Part shown: piece after piece, positions 50,619-59,419 of the stretch
Numbering within the stretch: position 1 is the stretch's first letter
How the letters are laid out: each line of letters starts with the position of its first letter
From: Clostridiales bacterium
GTDB lineage: Bacteria > Bacteroidota > Bacteroidia > Bacteroidales > Bacteroidaceae
Length of the DNA: 64,000 nucleotides
Direction of reading: 5' to 3'
NCBI GenBank assembly: GCA_963632215.1
Contig: CAVGTD010000002.1
Location: 23,755 to 87,754, forward strand
Made by a program: the position numbers and the translations under genes
Notes under the pieces: model-generated
Told to the model about the DNA's origin: nothing
What the model saw: only the letters and a program-made list of their open reading frames with translations
The model's database searches: none

Positions 50619-52966
50619 ATGAAGAAGACAACCATGCTTGCCACGTTTGGCGTTGCCCTTATGTCGCACAATGCGCTGGCGCAAACGCCCCGGTTGGGCA
50701 TTGACCCCATTGAAAAGGTGATAGAAGCCATGACGCTCGACGAGAAACTCAACTTGCTCATCGGCTCCGAGGGAAACCATTCCACCGATGCCAAGGTCAC
50801 TGTCGGCAACTCCTCAACCCTCGTGCCGGGTGCGGCGGGCGAACTCAATGCCATCCCAAGGCTCGGCATTCCCTCGACGGTACTGGCAGACGGTCCTGCC
50901 GGTTTGCGCATCGATTCTACGAGGCCGGGAGAGAGCCGCACCTATTATTGCACGCACTTCCCCATCTCCACCGTGATGAGTTCCACGTGGAACCCCTCAC
51001 TCGTCACCCAAGTAGGTAAAGCCATGGGCCAGGAGGCCAAGAGCTACGGAGTGGACGTACTGCTTGCCCCTTCAACCAACATCCAGCGCAATCCGCTCAA
51101 CGGGCGCAACTATGAGTACTACTCCGAAGACCCGCTGTTGGCCGGAAAAACCTGCGCGGCGATGATCAATGGGGTGCAGAGCTGCAATGTTGGCACTTCG
51201 TTGAAACATTTTGCGCTCAACAACCAAGAAACCAACCGTGCGGCAAACAACGTAATCGGCTCGCCGCGCACATTCCGCGAAATATACCTCCGCCCCTTCG
51301 AGATAGCCGTTAAGGAGTCGCAGCCCTGGACGGTGATGACTTCGTACAACAAGATAAACGGTACAATGGCGAGCGAGCGGTGCGACCTTGTCACCGAGAT
51401 ACTGCGTAAGGAGTGGGCTTCCGCGGTATGGTGATGAGTGACTGGCTGGGCGGCGAAAACGCCGTGGCGCAGATGGAGGCTGGCAACGACCTGCTCATGC
51501 CCGGCAAACTCTCGCAGCGTGAGGAGATAAGGAAAGCGGTGCTAAACGGACATCTGTCGCTCGACATCGTGGACCGCAACGTAAGGCACGTGCTTGAATA
51601 CATTCTCCGCACCAACCGTTTCAAAGGTGCCACGCCCGACAACAATCCCAACCTTGCCGAACACGGCCGTGTGGCGCGCGCTGCTGCTGCCGAGGGCATG
51701 GTGCTGCTGAAAAACACGAAGCAAACCTTGCCTTTGTCGCAGAAAGTGAGAAATGTCGCCCTCTTCGGTCGTTCGTCGTACGACTTCATAGCCGGCGGCT
51801 CTGGCTCGGGCAACGTCAATCACGCCTATGTGGTCAGTTTGCTCGAAGGACTGGAAAATGCCGGCTTCCGTGCAGACACAGCCCTGCGCGCAGTCTACGA
51901 AAACTATTTGCCCAAGGCCAAGGCGCAGCTGGTGTTGCCCGACGGACCGTTTGCCGCTTTGCTGCCCAAGCCGCTTGTGCCTGAGATGTCGCTCGACGAT
52001 GCCGCTCTGCTCCAAGCCGCTAAAAACAACGACATGGCAGTTGTGACCATTGGCAAAACGTCGGGCGAATTTGCCGACCGTAAGCTCGCTGACGACTTCA
52101 ACCTTTCCGCTGCGGAACAGTCTATGCTCGACAAGGTGAGCCGTGTTTTCCACTGCGAGGGCAAAAAGGTGGTAGTGATACTCAATGTGTGTGGCGTGGT
52201 CGAAACAAAGAGTTGGGCGGACAAGGCCGATGCCATTCTCCTTGCGTGGTTGCCTGGTCAGGAAGGGGGCAACTCCGTGGCCGATGTGCTTGTCGGAAAA
52301 GAGTCGCCGTCGGGACGTTTGCCCATGACGTGGCCCATGGCTTACAGCGACGTGCCGTCGAAGGATTGCTTCCCCCTCCCCGACAGTATCAGCACAGACT
52401 TGCTCACGTCGAGCATGGCCATGGCCAAGGACAGCGTGCCGCGTGAGCCTATCCCCAATTTCGACTATACGGAGTACCGCGACGGCATCTACGTGGGCTA
52501 CCGCCACTACACTACCCGCCGCCTCGCCGTGTCCTACCCCTTTGGCTATGGGCTGAGTTACACCGCATTCAAGTACGGCAAGCCCCAAGCAACTGTTGAC
52601 ACGCAGGGCAACGTGACGGTCACGGTGAGAGTGACCAACACAGGCAAGACGGCCGGCAAGGAAGTGGTGCAAGTGTACGTTTCCGCCCCGGGGCGCGACA
52701 TGGATAAGCCAGAGCGTGAGCTCAGGGGCTTCCAAAAGACGCGTTGCCTTCAGCCAGGCGAGGCTGAGGACGTGACAGTTACGATACCCTACGAAAGCCT
52801 CGCTTCGTTCAACGAGGCCGAAAGCCAGTGGCAGGTGGAAGAGGGCGACTACAAGGTGATGGTGGCCAAGCATGCCGCCGATACTGATCCCTTGGTGTCG
52901 GTGGTGCATGAGCGGGCCGGAGTTACTCAGAAGGTGCGCCCTTGTCTGCTCGAAGAACAAAAGTAA
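50619..52966 (+). pseudogene. GH3 beta-glucosidase split by a 1-bp deletion near 51415 (pseudogene or sequencing error)
   Basis: The 5' ORF has ADGPAG, GRNYEYYSEDP, KHFALNNQE and MTSYNKING. The 3' ORF has VMSDW, VLLKN, PGQEGG, YPFGYGLSY and an Fn3-like tail. The junction KEW|GFRG lacks one G. Confidence 0.85.
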
Positions 52967-52983
52967 GGTCTTGTACATATACC

Positions 52984-53029
52984 GAGGGGGACATCTTCCA
53001 AAGCCGTTCGGCGGATGTTCCCCTCTTTT
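52984..53029 (+). terminator. Hairpin after the GH3 gene
   Basis: GAGGGGACATC ... GATGTTCCCCTC followed by TTTT. Confidence 0.6.
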
Positions 53030-53303
53030 CGTGCCTGTAAAGTTGCTATTTTCTGCAAAACGCACGTGAGCGATGGCAAAAAGTAAAGTTTATGCAATTA
53101 TTCATTGCTGTATATAGCTTATTGCCTACTTTTGCTTTCAAATAACGTTCAGGAGGCTCACCGCCATACAATATATATGTATGCGCATGGTGCAGGGACG
53201 GGCGCAACAGAGAGAGATTGTTTTGCGCAGATTCGTTCTTGTTCGCTGCAGCCCCCGCTTGCTATTGCCAATAACTTATTACCGATATAACGTCTTACAG
53301 CTT

Positions 53304-55004
53304 ATGCAACACATTTACGCTACGCTTGCAGCCGCCTTGCTGGCTACTGCCTCTTTTGCCCAAACCGCGCCCCGGCAGACCGCTGCGCGTCCTGTTCAGC
53401 CCACCGGTATCCGCGCCACAGCCAAACTGGCGCACAGTCCCCTCAAGGCAAAGGCTCACACATCCGCGACTTCTACATTGGTCGACGAGATACTTACCGA
53501 GCAGCCCGAGGGTACGCTCAAGAGCCACTACTACCGTTCGGGCAAGAGCTTTGTCGACATCATGGGCAGCATTGCCGACCAAACCATCGACGGATTTTGG
53601 GGCAAGGTGGTCGAGTCGCCCGACGGCAAGCACGTTTATATTCAGAATCCTCTCAACGCTTATTTCAGCAACTCGTGGGTGATGACCACCCGCACGCAGA
53701 ACGATACGCTCGAGCTGCAACTGCCCGTCCACTTCTGCCACGAGGAGTATTCCGACGGCACTGTGCAGGACGGCTACCTCTATCGCCTTAAGGCTGAGAA
53801 GGTGACTGACCCCGACTACGGCACATACACTACGTTCGTCCCCGACGACAACCAGCTCGCCAAGTTCGTTTTCCGCAACGATACGCTTTACTTCGTCAAC
53901 ACTACAAAGGACAGCAAGTTGCTCGGCATGTGCGACGAAACCGGCCAGTGGTACGGCTACGGCGACTACGTTCTTCAGTTCGACCCGTTCCACCAAACGC
54001 CCGTCGCCCCCAAGAGTACGGCAGGTGCCAAGAAAATGTCTATTCAGTACACCGAGAGTGGCCAGGCCTACGGCAAGATTTTGACGGCCGTTGAGGAGGG
54101 TAACGATGTTTACCTCGCAGGTCTTTGTCCCAATCTGCCCGACGCGTGGGTGAAAGGCACGAAGAGCGGCGACAAACTCACGTTTGAGAGCGGCCAGTTC
54201 ATGGGTATCGACTCTGTGACGGAGTGCTACAACTTTTTCGAGGCCGTCAAGCACGTCCCCACCTATTATGACTATGGCGATGGCACGGGCGACTATTTCG
54301 ACGAGCCGTATCTCGACAAGAACATTGAGTTTACGCGCACCGACGACGGCATGGGCGGCTACACTTATGCGGCCGACAGCACTTTCTACGTCAACCAGGG
54401 CTACCGCCAAGCCAACTCCGTGTCGCTTTACGACCAACCCATGCTCACTGCGTGGGAGGACAAAGCCTATATGCCCGTCAACCCCGAAAATTTCTACTAT
54501 GAACCCTACACCGAGGACCTTGGCTACGGCATGTACTCCTTTATTGTCAGTGAGTTTGCCACGGGCGGTGAGGTTTTGGACCGTTCCAAACTGTTCTACA
54601 ATGTGATTATCGACGGCCAGCCTTATACTTTCTCGCCCGACGACTATCCCGCGCTCACCGAGCCTATGACCGACATTCCCTTTGAGTTTACTGACTTGGC
54701 CGACTTCACTAACTACGCCGGCGTGTTCAACGTTAATCTCTACATTGAGGGATATTCGAAGATTGGCGTTCAGGTAATCTACAAGGGCGGCGACACGGTG
54801 ACGAAGTCAGACGTGGTTTACTACGAAGCCGACGACGACCCCGAGGGCGTGCATTCGGCCACGGCTAACCTTACTGGCGCAACGAGTCTCGGTTTCACCG
54901 ACCTCAGCGGCCGCAGCGTGAGCAAGCCCGCCCATGGCGTGTTTATCCAGACATTGCGCCTGGCCGACGGCAGCGTGAAGAGTGTGAAGCGCATCGTCAA
55001 ATAA
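53304..55004 (+). CDS. Secreted protein with Prevotella-type T9SS C-terminal signal; function unknown
   Basis: Signal peptide MQHIYATLAAALLATASFA, an acidic Tyr-rich body and C-terminal TDLSGRSVSKPAHGVFIQ...KRIVK. A -7 box lies at 53127. Confidence 0.7.
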   Translation: MQHIYATLAAALLATASFAQTAPRQTAARPVQPTGIRATAKLAHSPLKAKAHTSATSTLVDEILTEQPEGTLKSHYYRSGKSFVDIMGSIADQTIDGFWGKVVESPDGKHVYIQNPLNAYFSNSWVMTTRTQNDTLELQLPVHFCHEEYSDGTVQDGYLYRLKAEKVTDPDYGTYTTFVPDDNQLAKFVFRNDTLYFVNTTKDSKLLGMCDETGQWYGYGDYVLQFDPFHQTPVAPKSTAGAKKMSIQYTESGQAYGKILTAVEEGNDVYLAGLCPNLPDAWVKGTKSGDKLTFESGQFMGIDSVTECYNFFEAVKHVPTYYDYGDGTGDYFDEPYLDKNIEFTRTDDGMGGYTYAADSTFYVNQGYRQANSVSLYDQPMLTAWEDKAYMPVNPENFYYEPYTEDLGYGMYSFIVSEFATGGEVLDRSKLFYNVIIDGQPYTFSPDDYPALTEPMTDIPFEFTDLADFTNYAGVFNVNLYIEGYSKIGVQVIYKGGDTVTKSDVVYYEADDDPEGVHSATANLTGATSLGFTDLSGRSVSKPAHGVFIQTLRLADGSVKSVKRIVK

Positions 55005-55109
55005 ATATCGTAATCCTTACAGCAAACACAATAAAGTGTGGGTTGGCGCGGCAAAGCGGCAGAAGCCTTGCACGGCGTGCCAACCCACAACCTTTTTCCA
55101 CACATCCCA

Positions 55110-56996
55110 ATGAACATGAAAAAGTTCTTCTCCCTCGTCCTCCTGTGCCTCATGGGCTTCACGGCCTTTGCCCAGACGAGCAAAATGGAGTTCAGCTACT
55201 GCGACGACAACTCCAAGGTAAGCCTTTTCGGCACGGGCAAAAAGGAAACATACGACGTGGCCATCCTCCTGAAAAGTTCCGAACTCGTCGGCACAACCGT
55301 TGAGGGCATTCGCGTGTATATACCCAAGACAGACAACATATCCGACCTTAGCGTGTGGATGTCGAAGAAACTCTCGCTCGACGAAAACAAGGTGAACAAC
55401 CCCGATGTTTGTTCGCAGACGGCCGACCTCAGCAAAGTCTTTGCCGAGGAGGACATCACATTCGACAAGCCCTATACGATTACTGACGAGGGTGTCTACG
55501 TCGGCTATTCGTTTACGGTCAACGCCTACGACAGCGCGTCGGCCTCTCCCCTGCCCGTTTGCGACAACACCGCAGCCGGCGGCTTCTACATCCACACCAG
55601 CAAGAAATACCTTGGTTGGATGGACAAAGTGGAAGACTTTGGCAACCTCGCTTTCAGCGTGATGCTCAGCAACGTGTCCGACAATAGCGCGGCGTTGTCC
55701 CTTGCAAAGAAAATCTACACCGTGCGTGACCAGCAGACCGCCGTCGACCTCACCCTCGTCAACCACGGCGCAAAGGGCGTGCAGAGCATGGAACTGGCTT
55801 ACACGCTCAACGGCGAAACCCACACGCTGCCCGTCACGTTGCCCGCCGACAAGGCTCTTCCCGGCAAGCTTGGCGCAAGCACTACGTACAGCCTCTCCCT
55901 CCCTGCCCTTGCCGACGACGGCGAATACCCCCTGAGCGTAAGCCTGACCAAGGTGAACGGCGAGACGAACGGCTATTCGGAAGACCCGGCCTCCGCCACG
56001 CTCGACGTGCGCGCCTTTATTCCCAGCCGCAACGTGCTTTTTGAGGAATATACCGGCACATGGTGCACCAACTGCCCTCGAGGCAACGCCGCCATCAAGA
56101 TATTGAAGCGCGTGCATCCCGAAGGTTTCATCGCCATAGCCTATCACAACAAAGACGCAATGGAAGTGATGGAAGCCACGAGCTTTCCCACGAGCGTCAG
56201 GTCGTTTCCCACTTGCACGCTCGACCGTGGCGACCTCATCGACCCCTATTTCGGTTCGGGCATGACCAGTTCGAGCCTCCCCACCCCGTTCCATATCTAC
56301 GACGACGTGGTGGCCGCCAGCCAGCGGTACGCGCTTGCCAACCTCGAAACCTCTGCCAAACTCTCCGCCGACGGGCGCACGGTGTCAGCCTCAGCCACCG
56401 CCACCTTCCCGCGCACGATGAAGACGGGAGCGTATTATGTAGAGTACGTGCTTGTGGCGAACGGCTTGCATGGCAACGGCGAGTTGTGGAACCAGATTAA
56501 CGGCCTGTCGGGAGCCGATGCGACGATGTTCCCCGAACCTGAGTTCGAGCAGTTTCTGAACGCTCCGAAAACCATCGAGGGCCTTGTGTTCGACGACGTA
56601 GTCATTGCCACCACGCGCCTCACCGGCGACGACGCTGACCTGCCCAAGCCGATGGACGCTTATACCCCCTATACAGTCTCGGCAACCTTCTCGCTCGACG
56701 AACTTGCCATATCGAGTAAGAGCAACGTCATTCAGGACCTCACGAAGCTCGACGTAGTGGCTATCCTCATCAACGGCTTTACGGGCGAGGTGGTCAATGC
56801 CGCGCAAGCCAAGGTCGATGCCAGCGACTACGTGGCCGCAGGTGTCCGCACCGCCGTGGCTGACGGCAACGCCCCCGTGCGGGTCGAGTACACCGACCTC
56901 AGCGGCCGCAGCGTTTCGCAGCCCGGTCACGGCGTTTTTGTCAAGACCGTGCGCTACGCCAACGGCACTGCCGTGAGCCGCAAGACGGTGCGCTGA
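55110..56996 (+). CDS. Secreted Omp28-like thioredoxin-fold protein with T9SS-type C-terminal signal
   Basis: Signal peptide, VLFEEYTGTWCTNCPRG (Omp28-like CxxC) and C-terminal YTDLSGRSVSQPGHGVFVK...RKTVR. Confidence 0.75.
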   Translation: MNMKKFFSLVLLCLMGFTAFAQTSKMEFSYCDDNSKVSLFGTGKKETYDVAILLKSSELVGTTVEGIRVYIPKTDNISDLSVWMSKKLSLDENKVNNPDVCSQTADLSKVFAEEDITFDKPYTITDEGVYVGYSFTVNAYDSASASPLPVCDNTAAGGFYIHTSKKYLGWMDKVEDFGNLAFSVMLSNVSDNSAALSLAKKIYTVRDQQTAVDLTLVNHGAKGVQSMELAYTLNGETHTLPVTLPADKALPGKLGASTTYSLSLPALADDGEYPLSVSLTKVNGETNGYSEDPASATLDVRAFIPSRNVLFEEYTGTWCTNCPRGNAAIKILKRVHPEGFIAIAYHNKDAMEVMEATSFPTSVRSFPTCTLDRGDLIDPYFGSGMTSSSLPTPFHIYDDVVAASQRYALANLETSAKLSADGRTVSASATATFPRTMKTGAYYVEYVLVANGLHGNGELWNQINGLSGADATMFPEPEFEQFLNAPKTIEGLVFDDVVIATTRLTGDDADLPKPMDAYTPYTVSATFSLDELAISSKSNVIQDLTKLDVVAILINGFTGEVVNAAQAKVDASDYVAAGVRTAVADGNAPVRVEYTDLSGRSVSQPGHGVFVKTVRYANGTAVSRKTVR

Positions 56997-57091
56997 TCCG
57001 CACCGCCATACGGGCAGGTTTCACCCCTTTTTCACCGCCAATGTTTGCCGTGTAGGCGAAAATTGCCCAATTTTGCCGCAAATTCTAACAC

Positions 57092-57349
57092 AAGGGTGGT
57101 TCTATAAATTAGCTTTGTCAGGTTTCGGGGCTGTTTTGCGTTCCAATTGATTGAGAGAAGGAGCATAGCGGGCTATGCGACTGAGCGAACAAGCGATTGG
57201 GGCGGAAATATCGAGCAAGCGAGAGCAAAGAAAAACTTGTTTTGCTTTGCCGAGTGCAGCCGATATTATTCAAAAGAGCCCGAAAGATGACAAAACGAAA
57301 GTCACCCAAACTTAATTAATTTACGGTGGTAATTTATAGAACCACCCTT
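57092..57349. mobile_element. 258-bp non-coding segment with perfect 20-bp terminal inverted repeats (MITE-like or invertible)
   Basis: AAGGGTGGTTCTATAAATTA at 57092-57111 and its exact reverse complement at 57330-57349. No credible ORF lies inside. Confidence 0.7.
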
Positions 57350-57365
57350 AACGCATCAATAAAGA

Positions 57366-58712
57366 ATGACTACTCTTACTACGCTGATTGTAGCAGTGTT
57401 TGTGGTGGGCTATTTCCTCATAGCCATTGAGAGCCTCACCAAAATCAACAAGGCGGCCATCGCCCTCCTGATGTTTGTGGGCTGCTGGACGATTTTCATG
57501 GTCGATCCCGGGCAGTACCTTGCCAACGCCGTGGGCGACAGTGTGCCGCTCGTCGTGAGCGAACTCATTGAGAAGCACCTGGGCAGCACGGCCACTACGC
57601 TCTTTTTCCTTATGGGCGCAATGACCATTGTGGAGCTTGTGGACCAAAACGGCGGCTTCAACTTTGTGCGCGACATGATGCGCACGAAGAGCAAGCGCGG
57701 GCTGCTATGGCGCATTGCGTGCATGACGTTCCTGCTTTCGGCCATTCTTGACAACCTTACCACCAGCATCGTGATGATCATGATACTGCGCAAGCTCGTT
57801 TCTGACCATAAAGACCGCATTATCTACGCTTCGCTCGTGATTATCGCCGCAAACTCCGGCGGCGCGTTCTCGCCCATTGGCGATGTCACGACGATTATGC
57901 TGTGGAACAAGGGTCTCATCTCGGCAGCGGGGGTTATCAAGGAAATGCTCATCCCCTCCGTTGTGTCGATGGTCATTCCGGCGTTTATCCTGCAATACTC
58001 GCTTAAAGGCGAGTTGAAGGTGGCGCAGCCCGCCACGGGCGCAGCGGCAGCCAGCGAACTCACGGCGCGCCAGCGCAAGGTGATATTCTTCCTCGGCGTG
58101 GGCGGACTTATCTTTGTGCCTATCTTCAAGAGCATCACCCACTTGCCGCCGTTTGTGGGCATCCTGCTCGTGCTGGGCGTGCTGTGGACTGTGTCGGAAC
58201 TTTTCTACCGCAACCTTAGCGGACAGGAGGAGAAGGGGGCTATGCAGAAGCGCGTGACGAACATGCTTTCGCGCATCGACATGGGCACAATCCTCTTCTT
58301 CCTCGGCATCCTCATGGCCGTGGCTTGCCTCGAAACGGTAGGCGTGCTGACGCAGTTGGGCCAGGGGCTCAATGTAGCCTTCTCGGGCAACCACTTCATG
58401 GTGACGGGCATCATCGGCGTGCTTTCGAGCATTGTCGACAACGTGCCGCTTGTGGCCGGCTGCATGGGCATGTACCCCGTGGCCGCTACGGGCGACTTTG
58501 CCCTCGACGGCATTTTCTGGCAGCTGCTCGCCTATTGCGCCGGCGTGGGCGGTTCAATGCTCATCATCGGTTCGGCCGCCGGCGTGGTCGTGATGGGCTT
58601 GGAGAAGATTACGTTCGGCTGGTACATGAAGCATATCTCCTGGATTGCCTTTGTGGGCTATCTGGCCGGCATTGCCGTCTACTACGTGCAGCGCATCGTC
58701 ATCGGCATGTAG
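57366..58712 (+). CDS. nhaD: Na+/H+ antiporter, NhaD family
   Basis: LSAILDNLTT, AANSGGAFSPIGDVTT, SSIVDNVPLVA and GGSMLIIGSAAG. Confidence 0.92.
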   Translation: MTTLTTLIVAVFVVGYFLIAIESLTKINKAAIALLMFVGCWTIFMVDPGQYLANAVGDSVPLVVSELIEKHLGSTATTLFFLMGAMTIVELVDQNGGFNFVRDMMRTKSKRGLLWRIACMTFLLSAILDNLTTSIVMIMILRKLVSDHKDRIIYASLVIIAANSGGAFSPIGDVTTIMLWNKGLISAAGVIKEMLIPSVVSMVIPAFILQYSLKGELKVAQPATGAAAASELTARQRKVIFFLGVGGLIFVPIFKSITHLPPFVGILLVLGVLWTVSELFYRNLSGQEEKGAMQKRVTNMLSRIDMGTILFFLGILMAVACLETVGVLTQLGQGLNVAFSGNHFMVTGIIGVLSSIVDNVPLVAGCMGMYPVAATGDFALDGIFWQLLAYCAGVGGSMLIIGSAAGVVVMGLEKITFGWYMKHISWIAFVGYLAGIAVYYVQRIVIGM

Positions 58713-58746
58713 GCCGCTTGGCACTGTGCGCCGGCTAATCAATTTT

Positions 58747-58866
58747 ACCCCCGGGCTGTTTGTCGTACACCGTACGGTGTACACGCGTCACCCGTACGTC
58801 TCACGTGTGTCACCCGTACGACCGGCACACGTCACCCGTACGGACGACGGCAAACAGCCCGGGGGT
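58747..58866. repeat. Intergenic 22-bp-period CGTA element, copy C (best preserved)
   Basis: Perfect 16-bp TIR ACCCCCGGGCTGTTTG/CAAACAGCCCGGGGGT. CCGTACG cores have CGTA at 58771, 58793, 58815 and 58837. Confidence 0.85.
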
Positions 58867-58912
58867 TGTCGTGACATACCCCGGGGGTAAGCGAAACTTC
58901 AAAGCACAAGGA

Positions 58913-59410
58913 ATGGACAAGATGACACCCGAGCAGCGGCACCGCTGCATGGCGGCCATACGGAGCAAGGGTACGAAGCCCGAACTCGTCGTGCGCAAAT
59001 ACCTGTTTGCGTGCGGCTTCCGTTACCGCCTCAACTCGCCGCGGCTGCCGGGGCATCCCGACATTGTGTTGCGAAAGTACCGCACGGTTGTCTTCGTCAA
59101 CGGTTGTTTTTGGCACGGACACGAAACGTGCGGCTCGTTCGCCATGCCGAAGAGCCGCACTGAATACTGGAATAAAAAGATTGAACGAAACCGCGAGCGC
59201 GACAGGGAGGCGCAGCGGCGGCTTGCCGAACTGGGCTGGCACTGCATAACCGTGTGGGAGTGCCAGCTGAAGCCTCGCGAGCGCGAGAAAACGCTCCGTT
59301 CGCTCGTCTATACGCTGAGCCGCATTTACCTTGGCGACCGCAAGGCGCGCCCCTACGACACGACTGAGGAGGAAATACTCACCGCGGCGGAGCCGCAGAC
59401 TGATTACTGA
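58913..59410 (+). CDS. vsr: Very-short-patch repair endonuclease
   Basis: MAAIRSKGTKPE, LPGHPDIV, FVNGCFWHGH and VWECQL. Start set at ATG 58913. Confidence 0.92.
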   Translation: MDKMTPEQRHRCMAAIRSKGTKPELVVRKYLFACGFRYRLNSPRLPGHPDIVLRKYRTVVFVNGCFWHGHETCGSFAMPKSRTEYWNKKIERNRERDREAQRRLAELGWHCITVWECQLKPREREKTLRSLVYTLSRIYLGDRKARPYDTTEEEILTAAEPQTDY

Positions 59411-59419
59411 GGCCTTGCC

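Noticed and set aside
51405..51434. Programmed frameshift or phase-variable tract in the GH3 gene
   Set aside because: There is no slippery heptamer, and a 3-4 G run is too short for typical slipped-strand switching.
58760..58912. Repeat-encoded N-terminal extension of Vsr, and small ORFs over the repeats (e.g. 19015-19422, 40111-40302)
   Set aside because: The 22/23-bp periods are not multiples of three, and Vsr similarity starts at MDKMTPEQR.
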